Of a stretch of 35,267 nucleotides of DNA, positions 7,178 to 16,211 are shown piece by piece (position 1 is the stretch's first letter; every line of letters begins with the position of its first letter). Position numbers and translations under genes: made by a program. The notes beneath the pieces are model-generated. The model was not told where the DNA came from, made no database searches, and saw only the letters and a program-made list of their open reading frames with translations. Location: NCBI GenBank assembly GCA_044222475.1, contig JBGANF010000086.1:1-35267 (forward strand), written 5' to 3'. This stretch comes from Polyangiaceae bacterium. Lineage in GTDB: Bacteria; Myxococcota_A; Polyangia; Polyangiales; Polyangiaceae.

Positions 7178-7497
7178 TTATCGTTGTCGTCGTCGTCGCC
7201 GCCGGTGATCGGCAGGTGGCGGCTGTTGTTGACGAGCTCTTTGAGCTCCTTGCCGACCTTGAAGAACGGCAGTCGCTTCGCCGGGACCGGAACCGGCTCG
7301 CCGGTCCGCGGGTTTCGCCCGGAGTACGCCTTGTACGGACGCACCGTGAAGCTGCCAAACCCGCGAATTTCGATGCCCTCTCCGCGCTGGAGCGCCTCGG
7401 TCATGGCATCGAACACGCAGTTCACGACGAGCTCGGCGCGGGCCTTCGTGAGGTCCGCTCGGGCTGCCATGGCGTCTATCAATTCGCTCTTCGTCAT
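7174..7497 (-). CDS. ihfB: Integration host factor beta / HU-family DNA-binding protein
   Basis: MTKSELID...IEIRGFGSF...GRNPRTGEPV...PFFKVGKELKELVN; RBS GGGGAGG before ATG 7497. Confidence 0.88.
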   Translation of the reverse strand: MTKSELIDAMAARADLTKARAELVVNCVFDAMTEALQRGEGIEIRGFGSFTVRPYKAYSGRNPRTGEPVPVPAKRLPFFKVGKELKELVNNSRHLPITGGDDDDNDK

Positions 7498-7532
7498 TGC
7501 GGCGCCTCCCCAGGCGATGGACGCTTGACCGC

Positions 7533-7560
7533 AGAATATCCTTACTGATTCCGCCGTCAA
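7533..7560 (-). promoter_or_regulatory. Sigma70-type promoter for ihfB-tyrS
   Basis: TTGACG-N16-TATTCT on the minus strand, ending 35 nt upstream of the ihfB ATG; the -35 overlaps the upstream gene's TGA. Confidence 0.6.
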
Positions 7561-9653
7561 CGGCGTTCGACGACGACCCGATCCAGCCCAAATGGCCCGC
7601 TTGTCTCGCTAGCCCCGGCCTTGCTCTGGATCTGGAGCCGCAAAGCGCTCACTCCGCTCGCCCAGTAGACTGCCGCGTCGAGATCGCGACAAGCGTCCTT
7701 GCCACTCCCGCTCCCACTCCAGCTCGCGACGGGTTTGGCCCCCTCGAACAGCGTCAACGTCGTGTCGGAGCCGAGCCCCAGCACGCGCGGGATGATGGCC
7801 CAACTGCCGTCGTGGGGGATCGGAACCTCGGTGTCGATTTCCGACAGCGAGCCCCCGGAGGGTGTCACGAGCAACACGCGCCCACCCGAGGCGCAGCCCT
7901 CGCTTCGCCACTCGGGGATGGCGTACCCGCCGGTCTGCGCGAGCGGCGGCCACATCGACTCGCCCTCGAAGCGCCACGACTCGATCCCGCTCTCGTTGCG
8001 CGGCTGGGGCGGCACGTACGAGCCGAGCGTGGCCGGCGTCGTCCCATCGGTCCACCGAAAGAGGAAGCTCTGCGGAGTCCCCAGGCGCTCGTAGAGGATC
8101 CGATCGTGATCGTCGCCTCGGAGGCGGGCGACGACGCGGGTCTTTCGCTCCGCCGCGGCGGGATCGAAGGCGAGGTTGAACGCGTGATCGGTGTCGACGA
8201 ACACGAGCCCGCGCTCCGCACCGCCGTCCTTGGCGCGTTGCTCGTCCCACATCGGTGCGCCGCCTTCGCGCTCCGCGAGCGACCGATGGGCGTACACGCC
8301 GTGGGTCGCGAACAGAACCGCCGCGGCCGCGAGGACCGCCCACACGCGGCGCGCGGCGTCCTTCGCGAGCGGGGCAGCCGACGCGAGCGCGACGGCGACG
8401 ATCGAGTGCTCGACCGGGATCACGTCGGCGAAGAACCGCGCGCCGCCGCCCGGGTAGTCGCCGTCGAAGTAGAAGGGGAGGTAGGCGAGGATCTGCGCGC
8501 CCACGAGCGCCGCCGGGATCGCCAGCGCGCGAGGGCGCGATCGTCGGAACGCGAGCACGCCGAGGAGCGCGAACGTGAGCGGCCAACCCGCGAACGCGTC
8601 GCCGAGGTGAGCGTGCAGTCTTCGCACCGTCGTGCCGAGCGCGGCGAAGAGGCCGTAGCCGTTCGCGAGACGGGCTCGCACGAAGTCACCGTGCTCGTAC
8701 ATGCATCCGATCCCGTCGCCGAAGCCCCAGCGGAAGCAGCCTGGTGGGCCGTCGCTCACGGCGTAGTACGCCGTCTGGGTCGGCGTGAAGAACGACCCGG
8801 TCGCCGCGCGTTGGAACGCGAGCAGCAAGGCGATGCCGGGCACGATCCCCAGCGCGAGCCGGGCGACCGCGCGACCGCGCTCGGTGCTGCGCCAGGCGAG
8901 CAGCAGCGCGACGCCGCCGATCGGGATCGCCGAGACCGGGCGCGTGAGCGCCACGTAGCCGACGAGGAGACCCACGCCGAAGAACGCGCGCGCGTCCTCA
9001 CGGTTCGCGCGCAGCGCTCGCGCGAGCGCGAACGTCACGAGCAGTGCGACCGCCCCGTGCGACATGGTGTCGGCGGTGTGGTACCGGAGCGCCGCGCACG
9101 CGATCGAGAAGAGCGCCGCTCCGCGCGCCGCGATCTCGCGCTGGTCTTCCGCGAGCGACGGGACGCCCATCGCGATCTCGCGGGTGAGCCGGTACGTGCC
9201 CACGACGATCCCGCCGGCGAGCAGCGGCCCGATCAGCATCGGCGCGTCGAGCTTGAACCCGATCGCGAGGAGGAGCGGATAGCCCGGTGGGAAGATCCCC
9301 GCGAGGTGGCCGGGCTCGGCGCCGAAGAGGAAGCGGCCGCGGAAGCTCGCCGCCGCGTCGGGGATCGGAAACGAGACGAAGCCCTCTGCGAGCGAGCGCG
9401 CTTGGAGCCAGTACGTCGTCGCGTCGATGATGCGCGGTCCGCCGCGGAGGTACACCGCGGCGTATCCGAGGGACAGCAGCGCGGCCGCCGCCGCGCCGAG
9501 CACCAGGAACCGCCGCGTGGAGCCTTCGGTCAGGCTCTTGGGCGCACGAGCCGCGAGGTAGAGGAAGACCGCAGCGACGCCGAGAGCCGCCCACCCGACC
9601 TGATCCGGCGGGGCACGGAAGGGGCCGAAGAGGCGTACGAGCGCGTCGAGCAT
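7557..9653 (-). CDS. Polytopic membrane glycosyltransferase, GT-C superfamily (PMT/ArnT-like)
   Basis: 698 aa, many TM segments, first-loop motif 'PRIIDATTYWLQAR', 'FPPGYPLLLA', 'RP' and 'GARFF' motifs, soluble C-terminal domain. Confidence 0.7.
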   Translation of the reverse strand: MLDALVRLFGPFRAPPDQVGWAALGVAAVFLYLAARAPKSLTEGSTRRFLVLGAAAAALLSLGYAAVYLRGGPRIIDATTYWLQARSLAEGFVSFPIPDAAASFRGRFLFGAEPGHLAGIFPPGYPLLLAIGFKLDAPMLIGPLLAGGIVVGTYRLTREIAMGVPSLAEDQREIAARGAALFSIACAALRYHTADTMSHGAVALLVTFALARALRANREDARAFFGVGLLVGYVALTRPVSAIPIGGVALLLAWRSTERGRAVARLALGIVPGIALLLAFQRAATGSFFTPTQTAYYAVSDGPPGCFRWGFGDGIGCMYEHGDFVRARLANGYGLFAALGTTVRRLHAHLGDAFAGWPLTFALLGVLAFRRSRPRALAIPAALVGAQILAYLPFYFDGDYPGGGARFFADVIPVEHSIVAVALASAAPLAKDAARRVWAVLAAAAVLFATHGVYAHRSLAEREGGAPMWDEQRAKDGGAERGLVFVDTDHAFNLAFDPAAAERKTRVVARLRGDDHDRILYERLGTPQSFLFRWTDGTTPATLGSYVPPQPRNESGIESWRFEGESMWPPLAQTGGYAIPEWRSEGCASGGRVLLVTPSGGSLSEIDTEVPIPHDGSWAIIPRVLGLGSDTTLTLFEGAKPVASWSGSGSGKDACRDLDAAVYWASGVSALRLQIQSKAGASETSGPFGLDRVVVERR

Positions 9654-11900
9654 CTACTGGCTGATCCAGAGGTGGTAGTCGAGGAACTCGGTCGGGCCCA
9701 AGCTCTCGATGCGAACCTCCGGCGCGCTCGTCGCGGGAGCGGGGAGATCGACGACGCGCTCGACCCAGCCGTCCTCGGGCTCGAAGCGGAGCTCGCCGAC
9801 GCTCGTACCATCGAGGTACACCTTGACGCTCATGGGTTCGCTGGACGCCGTCCGCACCGCGAGCTGCATCGGCGCGCCGGCGCGCACTCCGCGCAGGTGG
9901 AAGATCTCGCTGGTGCCCGGACCGATCCGCCTCCCGGAGTCGAACAGGTCGAGCGTGTGATCGTTCGGGTCGGGCAGGATCTTCATCTCCGTCCAACCGT
10001 TGCCCGGCCTCGGGAAGAGGTAGCGATGGTCGTGCTCGCTCACGAGATCGGCGACGTCCACCTCGTCGACGATCGTGCCGCGCATCGCGACGCGCGGGTG
10101 CGCTCCGGTGCCGAGCACGTGCCAGTCGGTCGAGTAGACGACGTCCTCGTAGCCGCCGCAGATGACGTTGCCCTCCGCCGGCGTGCGGAACAGCTCGTCC
10201 TTCGTGAACCACGTCGGGAGGACGCCCCACCACGACGGGTAGATCGCCATCACGTCCGGTCGATCGGCGGCGGGCATGCGCTCGATGAGCTCGAGGGTGG
10301 CCGGGAGCCCTTGCACGCTCGCGCGGGCGAAGGGGTAGTCGTGGTACCCGCCTAGGCCGATGATGTCGAGCCCGGGTCGCTCCGACGCATAGAGGAGCGC
10401 GCCCGCGTCACCGACCAGGATGCGCTTCGGACGCATCGACGCGAGCTTCTGCCCGGTCACGATGTGCTGATCGTAGATGTTCTTCGACGCTCGCCCGAAG
10501 AACCACCGCTGGTCGCGCATGCGCGGCGCCTGGTGGATCTGAGTGACGACGAGCGTCGCCACGACGAGCGCCGCTCGCGCGGGCCACACGTAGAGGACCG
10601 CCCACGCGCCGAGACCGATCGCCAGGGCGATGGGCCACGCGATCCGCGGCTCCGGCATCGTGTTCGGTACGCGAAACGCGGTGCCGACGATCTGCGCCAC
10701 GAAGGCGCCGCCGAGGATCGTCGCGACGAGCCTCGGGCGGCCGCTGCGCTTCACGAGCGCGGTCGCTCCGAGCACCGCCGCCATGAGGAGCCACGCGACT
10801 GCGGGCATCGTGTAGCGCTCGTTCTGCCAGCGCACCTGGCCGTTCAGCGCGACGATGACGAGCCAGCCGAAGATCTGCACCCAGAGGAGCGCGGCGTACC
10901 GGCGCGTTTCGCGGACGCAGAGACCGGCGACCGCGAGCGCGGGGACGAGCGCGCTGTAGTGGTTGTCGTCGGTGAAGTGGTACTCGATGTTGCGAAACAC
11001 CGTGTAGGTGAGGTTGAACTGCCAGTCGCCGTACTTGTCGGTCGGCGTGAGGAACGGGTTGTTGATCGCGAGCTTCACCAGCGCGCCGTTGGGAGAGAAC
11101 TCGCCGGTGTAGTGACGGTTCGCGAGGGCCTGGAGCACGAGGAGCGCGACCGGCGGTCCGCCGACGCGAGCGAGGAGCGCGAGCCGCTCCGGGAAGCGCA
11201 GCGGCCGGCGCCCGTGGAGCGCGGCGAACACGCCGAACGCGGCGATCGTCGACGCGGCCTCCGGTCTCGTTGCGACCAGGAACGCACCCCACAGACCGAG
11301 CGCGTAGGCGCGCTTGGAGCGATCCTTCGGATCCGCGTCTTCGAGGCGGAAGAACGCGAGGAGCGTGCACGCCCACACGCCTAGGAAGAACGCGACCTCC
11401 ATCCCGCTCCACAGCGACCAGTCGAGCGCGCCGAGCCCGAGGAAGACGACGGGCAACAGAAACGAGAGCACGCGCATCGCGCCGGCTTCGCGACCTTTCT
11501 CGACGACGCGCAAGAGGAGGTGTCGCGAAGCGAGCAGCGTCCCGAAGACGCACGACATCGCCACGAGCGCCGCGAACTTCATCAAGTCGAGCTCGCGGAA
11601 GCCGATGATCCATCCGAGCGCGAGGACGAACGGGTAGCTCAAGCTCGTGTTGCCCGAGGAGTAGCCGTTGCCCACCGTCCACTCGAACGGGTAGCCCTGC
11701 GCGGTCGAGCGCGCGAAGTCGAAATGGATGAAGACGTCGTCGAGCGGGGCCGACCAGACGCCGCCGGTCTGGCGAAGCATGAAGCCGTAGAACGATCGCG
11801 CCGACGCGAGGGTCAGCGCCGCCGCCCAGAGCACGTAGAGCGGCCCGTCCACGCGGGAGAATGCGCGGAGCGCGCTCGCGACGTTCCTCGACCACCGCAC
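9654..11900 (-). CDS. Polytopic membrane glycosyltransferase, GT-C superfamily (DD-motif type) with C-terminal extracytoplasmic domain
   Basis: 'APLDDVFIHFDFARS...SSGNTSLSY', 'SGMEVA', 'TRPE', 'ERY', 'DAGAL', 'LDIIGL' motifs. Start uncertain (11969, 11936 or 11900); GTG 11900 is favoured by TGC-TATAGG-N7 upstream. Confidence 0.75.
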   Translation of the reverse strand: MRWSRNVASALRAFSRVDGPLYVLWAAALTLASARSFYGFMLRQTGGVWSAPLDDVFIHFDFARSTAQGYPFEWTVGNGYSSGNTSLSYPFVLALGWIIGFRELDLMKFAALVAMSCVFGTLLASRHLLLRVVEKGREAGAMRVLSFLLPVVFLGLGALDWSLWSGMEVAFFLGVWACTLLAFFRLEDADPKDRSKRAYALGLWGAFLVATRPEAASTIAAFGVFAALHGRRPLRFPERLALLARVGGPPVALLVLQALANRHYTGEFSPNGALVKLAINNPFLTPTDKYGDWQFNLTYTVFRNIEYHFTDDNHYSALVPALAVAGLCVRETRRYAALLWVQIFGWLVIVALNGQVRWQNERYTMPAVAWLLMAAVLGATALVKRSGRPRLVATILGGAFVAQIVGTAFRVPNTMPEPRIAWPIALAIGLGAWAVLYVWPARAALVVATLVVTQIHQAPRMRDQRWFFGRASKNIYDQHIVTGQKLASMRPKRILVGDAGALLYASERPGLDIIGLGGYHDYPFARASVQGLPATLELIERMPAADRPDVMAIYPSWWGVLPTWFTKDELFRTPAEGNVICGGYEDVVYSTDWHVLGTGAHPRVAMRGTIVDEVDVADLVSEHDHRYLFPRPGNGWTEMKILPDPNDHTLDLFDSGRRIGPGTSEIFHLRGVRAGAPMQLAVRTASSEPMSVKVYLDGTSVGELRFEPEDGWVERVVDLPAPATSAPEVRIESLGPTEFLDYHLWISQ

Positions 11901-11925
11901 GGCACGCCCTATAGCATGGGCTGCG

Positions 11926-12402
11926 TTGCGCCCCATCGTCACCACACGAGGCGTCCCCGCCCACCTCACGCGTGCCTCCGTGGGGGTTCGGGGCGTGGTC
12001 GTCCTCTTCTCGTTCTTGATCGTGCTCTTGCCTTGGCATCAGGCCAGCGGGCGGGCGCCCTGCAGCGGGCTCAGCCACTACGGCGCGGCGCTGCCGATCC
12101 TTTCGGCCCTGGGGGTCGCCGCCGCCGCGTTCGCGCGCGTCACGGTCGGCGATGCACGACCTTGGTCGGTCTCGCCGGTCGGGCTCGCGAGCGGCGTGGT
12201 CAGCGCCGCCGCTGCTGCCGCCGCTCTGGCGCTCACGACCACGACCGGCCATGGCGACGCCAACGTCGTCGTGCTCGGAAAAGCGGCCGAGATGTTCCGC
12301 GCGTTCCAGTGGGTGCTGGTGGCGATGGGCATGTGGCAGGTCTACCTCCATGGCGCCGCGACCATGCGGGGGCCCGAGCGAACCGCACCGGGCCCGAGCT
12401 GA
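11926..12402 (+). CDS. Hypothetical membrane protein (~4 TM)
   Basis: Four hydrophobic segments, 'LLPW' after the first; fills the gap between divergent genes; start uncertain. Confidence 0.5.
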   Translation: MRPIVTTRGVPAHLTRASVGVRGVVVLFSFLIVLLPWHQASGRAPCSGLSHYGAALPILSALGVAAAAFARVTVGDARPWSVSPVGLASGVVSAAAAAAALALTTTTGHGDANVVVLGKAAEMFRAFQWVLVAMGMWQVYLHGAATMRGPERTAPGPS

Positions 12403-12475
12403 ACGGAACGGTTCGCGGGCTCGCGCATCGAAGTGACCCAGCGAGCCGCCTTTGCTAGGTTGCTCGCCGCGCTCG

Positions 12476-15112
12476 ATGGCATCGCTTCGTCCATGGCTGT
12501 TTCGCATCGCGATCGTCGTCGGTTGCGTGGTCGTGGCCACGTCGGCGCTCGCTCAAGACGACGGGTACGGTGGGCGCAGCGGATCGGGCCTGACCAAGCC
12601 GAAAGACAGCGGCGCCCCCCCTCCGCCGCCGCCCGCGCCGGTCATCGTCCTTCCGGTGCTCAAGACCGATCCTGGAGCCGCCTACCCGAAGCAAGCGGTC
12701 GACGACGGCGTGCGCGAGCCGGTGACGGTCGTGCTCGTCCTCACGCTCGACGCGACCGGCAAGGTGACCGACGCGAAGGTCGAGGCACCGATGGGGCACG
12801 GCTTCGACGAAGCGGCCATCGAAGCTGCGAAGCAGATCGAGTTCACCCCGGCGACGAAGAACGGCACCGCCGTGGCCGCGAAGGTGAAGCACAAGTACAC
12901 GTTCTCACCGCCGCCCGGCCGCTTCGTCGTGCGGGTGAGCGCCGCGGCGACCGGTCCGATCTCGAGCGCCCAGATCGCGCTCCGCGGCAAAGACGGCACC
13001 GAGCGCATCGCGACGACGGACTCCGTCGGCATGGCGCGGTTCGAGGGCGTTCCGTTCGGCGCGTATCACGTCGTCGTCACGGCCCAGGGCTACAAGCAGG
13101 CCGAAGGCGACCAAGACATCGCGCCCGGCGAAGAAGTGTCGAACGTGTTCCGGCTCGACGTCGATCGACCGCCTCCGTCGGCCGACGCCGGAGCGCCACC
13201 GCCCGAGGACGACATCGAAGACGTGGTCGTTCGCGGCACCAAGCCCGCGCGCGAGGTGACGAAGCGCACCCTCGAGCAGCGCGAGCTCCTCCGATCGCCG
13301 GGCTCGAACGGCGACGCGCTTCGCGCGCTTCAGAACCTGCCTGGCATCGCGCGCCCGCCCGGCCTCGCCGGGTTGCTCATCGTGCGCGGCGCGGCTCCGA
13401 ACGAGACCCAGATCTTCGTCGACGGGACGAACATCCCGCTCGTCTATCACTTCGGCGGGCTCTCCTCGGTCGTGCCCACCGAGTTCCTCGAGAAGATCGA
13501 CTTCTATCCCGGCAACTTCAGCGCGCAGTACGGCCGAGCGCTCGGCGGCATCGTCGACGTCGGCATTCGCGCACCGAAAAAGGACAAGCTGCACGGCCTC
13601 GCGCAGGTCGACTTGATCGACGCCCGCGTCCTCGCCGAGGGGCCGCTCCCCGGCGGGCTGAAGTTCGCCGTCGGCGGTCGTCGTTCGTGGATCGACGCGT
13701 GGCTCGGTCCCGTGCTCGAGGCGACCGGGGCGAGCGTCTCGACCGCGCCCGTCTACTACGACTACCAAGCGATGCTGCAGAAGGACTTCAACAAGGACAC
13801 GAACCTTCGTGCCCTGTTCTTCGGCAGCGACGACAAGATCGAGCTCCTCCTCAAGGACGTCAGCGCCGGCGCGCCGACGATCACCGGGTCGACCGGGTTC
13901 CACACGTCGTTCTGGCGCATTCAGCTCCAGTTCAAGGCGAAGCTGAGCGCGACGACCGACGTGCGCTTCCTCGCCGCGACCGGCCAAGACCGCCTCGAGT
14001 TCAGCATCGGCGACATCTTCTTCAACCTCGACACGTACCCGATCACGGGTCGCGCCGAGCTCACGCAGAAGGTCACCGGTGGGGTCACCGCGCACTTCGG
14101 CCTCGACATGTTGTGGGCCCCGTTCACCGTCGACGCGCGCCTTCCGCCGCTGCCGGTGCCGGGGCAACCTCCGGGTGGTCCGGGCATCAGCCGCCCGCCG
14201 CTCTCGGTCAACCAGTCGGATACGCAGTATCGGCCCGCGTTCTACGGCGAGCTCGAGCTCGTTCCGTGGAAGGGCGCGCGGATCGTGCCCGGCGTTCGCG
14301 TCGACTACGCGAAGGACATCAAGTCGTGGGACGTCGCGCCGCGCGTGTCGATGCGCCAGGACGTCGGCCCCGCGTTCCCGCGGACCACGATCAAGGGCGG
14401 TGTGGGCGTGTTCTATCAGCCGCCACAACCGCAGGCGTCGAACCCGGTCTTCGGTCAGACCGGCCTGCGATCGCAGCGTGCGATTCACTACGGGCTCGGC
14501 ATCGAGCGCGAGTTCACGAAGAACCTCGAGGTGAGCTTCGAGGGCTTCTACAAGCAGCTCGACGACCTCGTCGTGCAGGGAAGCGGCAACAGCGGAACGG
14601 GCCAAATCTACGGGCTCGAGACGCTGATCCGCTACAAGCCCGACGACCATTTCTTCGGGTGGATCGCGTACACGCTGTCGCGCAGCGTTCGCCAGGACAG
14701 GCCCGATTCGCCCGAGCGCGTGACCCAGTTCGATCAGACGCACATCCTCACGATCCTCGGGAGCTACCGCCTCGGTCACGGCTGGGAGTTCGGCGCGCGC
14801 TTCCGATTGGTGTCGGGCAACAACTACACGCCCAACACGTACGGCTTCTTCGACGCGAACGGGGGCAGCTACCTCCCGCTTCAATCGTACCCACCGTTCA
14901 ACACGCGCCTTCCGCTCTTCCACCAGCTCGACATCCGGCTCGACAAGACGTGGAAGTTCCCGAGCTGGCAGCTCGGCGTCTACGCCGACGTCATCAACGT
15001 CTACAACTCGGGCAACGTCGAAGGCGTGAGCTACAACTTCAACCAGACCCGGTCGACCTTCATCACCGGGTTGCCGCTCCTGCCCAGCATCGGCGTGCGA
15101 GGGGAGTTCTGA
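12476..15112 (+). CDS. TonB-dependent receptor with N-terminal TonB C-terminal domain and carboxypeptidase-regulatory-like domain
   Basis: Signal peptide; 'YPKQA...VVLVLTLDATGKVTDAKV...GFDEAAIEAAKQIEFTPA' (TonB_C); plug 'DALRALQNLPGI...IVRG...IDFYPGNFSAQYGRALGGIVD'; beta-barrel ending in F (SIGVRGEF). Confidence 0.9.
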   Translation: MASLRPWLFRIAIVVGCVVVATSALAQDDGYGGRSGSGLTKPKDSGAPPPPPPAPVIVLPVLKTDPGAAYPKQAVDDGVREPVTVVLVLTLDATGKVTDAKVEAPMGHGFDEAAIEAAKQIEFTPATKNGTAVAAKVKHKYTFSPPPGRFVVRVSAAATGPISSAQIALRGKDGTERIATTDSVGMARFEGVPFGAYHVVVTAQGYKQAEGDQDIAPGEEVSNVFRLDVDRPPPSADAGAPPPEDDIEDVVVRGTKPAREVTKRTLEQRELLRSPGSNGDALRALQNLPGIARPPGLAGLLIVRGAAPNETQIFVDGTNIPLVYHFGGLSSVVPTEFLEKIDFYPGNFSAQYGRALGGIVDVGIRAPKKDKLHGLAQVDLIDARVLAEGPLPGGLKFAVGGRRSWIDAWLGPVLEATGASVSTAPVYYDYQAMLQKDFNKDTNLRALFFGSDDKIELLLKDVSAGAPTITGSTGFHTSFWRIQLQFKAKLSATTDVRFLAATGQDRLEFSIGDIFFNLDTYPITGRAELTQKVTGGVTAHFGLDMLWAPFTVDARLPPLPVPGQPPGGPGISRPPLSVNQSDTQYRPAFYGELELVPWKGARIVPGVRVDYAKDIKSWDVAPRVSMRQDVGPAFPRTTIKGGVGVFYQPPQPQASNPVFGQTGLRSQRAIHYGLGIEREFTKNLEVSFEGFYKQLDDLVVQGSGNSGTGQIYGLETLIRYKPDDHFFGWIAYTLSRSVRQDRPDSPERVTQFDQTHILTILGSYRLGHGWEFGARFRLVSGNNYTPNTYGFFDANGGSYLPLQSYPPFNTRLPLFHQLDIRLDKTWKFPSWQLGVYADVINVYNSGNVEGVSYNFNQTRSTFITGLPLLPSIGVRGEF

Positions 15113-15114
15113 CG

Positions 15115-16167
15115 ATGGCTCGACCTGGCGTGAAGCACGGGATCTTCCTCGGCGCGCTCGCCGCCGGCTCGATCGCTCTCGGCGGCTACGCGTGCGGCCC
15201 GGCCGGCTTCGCGCCGTCGCAGGAGCTCGGGGCGGTGCGCATCCTCGCCACCCGCGCCGACAAGCCGTTCGCCAAGCCCGGTGACGACGTCACGGTCGAG
15301 ATGCTCGCGGTCGACGCTCGCCGCATCAAGAAGCAGCCGCTCGAGATCTACTGGCTGCCGTTCCTGTGCGAGAACCCCATCAATGACTTGTATTATGCAT
15401 GCTTCGCGTCGTTGGCGTCGGGCGGCGACGGTGGCGCGCGCGACGGCTCGGCCGACGGCGGCACCGTGCCTTCGTTCCCGCCGAACTTCGACCTCACGCC
15501 GTTCCTGAAGAAAGGAAAGACCTACTCGTTCAAGGTCGCGCCCGACATCATCGAGCGCCACCCGGAAGTGAAGGGCGCGATCGACCCGTACGGTCTCGTC
15601 ATCACGTTCGCCATCGCGTGCGCGGGGCGCGTGCGAACGGTGCCGGTCGATCTCACCGACCCCACGCCGCAGAAGATGCCGATCGGTTGCTTCGACGACG
15701 ACGGTAACCGCCTCGGCCCCGACGACTTCGTCTTCGCGTTCACACGCGTGTACGCGTACGCGAATCGCACCAACGCGAACCCGACGATCGACGGGGTGAC
15801 GTTCGACGACCAGCTCGTGAACCTCGGCGAAGGCGTCGTCGTCAATCGATGCACCGGCAAGGAAGCGGACTGCACGAAGCACCCCGTCGACGTCGTGGTG
15901 CCGCCGAGCTCGTGGGAGCTCAACCCGGGCGCGCTCGACAGTGACGGCACGACCCTCCACGAGCAGGTCTACGCGCTCTACTACTACACGATCGATCGGA
16001 CCGAGAAAGAGGGCCGCCTCCTCTATGACTCGCGGACGGGGAAGGTGTTCGACAGCGCGAACTCCTTCATTGCCCAGTCGGTCCCGGGCGACGGGCGCCT
16101 GTACATCGTCGTCCACGACACGCGGGGCGGCACGAGCTGGGTCGATTTCCCCGTCTACGTCAAATGA
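15115..16167 (+). CDS. Lipoprotein partner of the TonB-dependent receptor
   Basis: ATG 2 nt after the receptor stop; lipobox GYAC; 'VRILATRADKP', 'NANPTI', 'VVHDTRGGTSW' motifs typical of myxobacterial TBDR-associated lipoproteins. Confidence 0.8.
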   Translation: MARPGVKHGIFLGALAAGSIALGGYACGPAGFAPSQELGAVRILATRADKPFAKPGDDVTVEMLAVDARRIKKQPLEIYWLPFLCENPINDLYYACFASLASGGDGGARDGSADGGTVPSFPPNFDLTPFLKKGKTYSFKVAPDIIERHPEVKGAIDPYGLVITFAIACAGRVRTVPVDLTDPTPQKMPIGCFDDDGNRLGPDDFVFAFTRVYAYANRTNANPTIDGVTFDDQLVNLGEGVVVNRCTGKEADCTKHPVDVVVPPSSWELNPGALDSDGTTLHEQVYALYYYTIDRTEKEGRLLYDSRTGKVFDSANSFIAQSVPGDGRLYIVVHDTRGGTSWVDFPVYVK

Positions 16168-16211
16168 TGCATGCGTGAAGTGAAGCCGGTGCTGGGCTAA
16201 GCTCGGGACGA

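Noticed and set aside
7538..7550. IHF autoregulatory site in the ihfB promoter spacer (AATCAG-TAAG-GAT)
   Set aside because: Matches WATCAR but lacks the TTR element; too weak to call.
7497..10355. 952-aa plus-strand ORF and other long antisense/alternate-frame ORFs (e.g. 12905..14923, 26522..28630, 28593..30434, 21288..23294)
   Set aside because: Arg/Ala/Gly-rich shadow frames overlapping well-supported genes; expected in high-GC DNA where stop codons are rare.
12433..16167. 1244-aa ORF suggesting a receptor-lipoprotein fusion or frameshift
   Set aside because: The first ~890 aa are an off-frame shadow of the receptor; the lipoprotein has its own ATG at 15115 and signal peptide, and the receptor ends in a proper C-terminal Phe.
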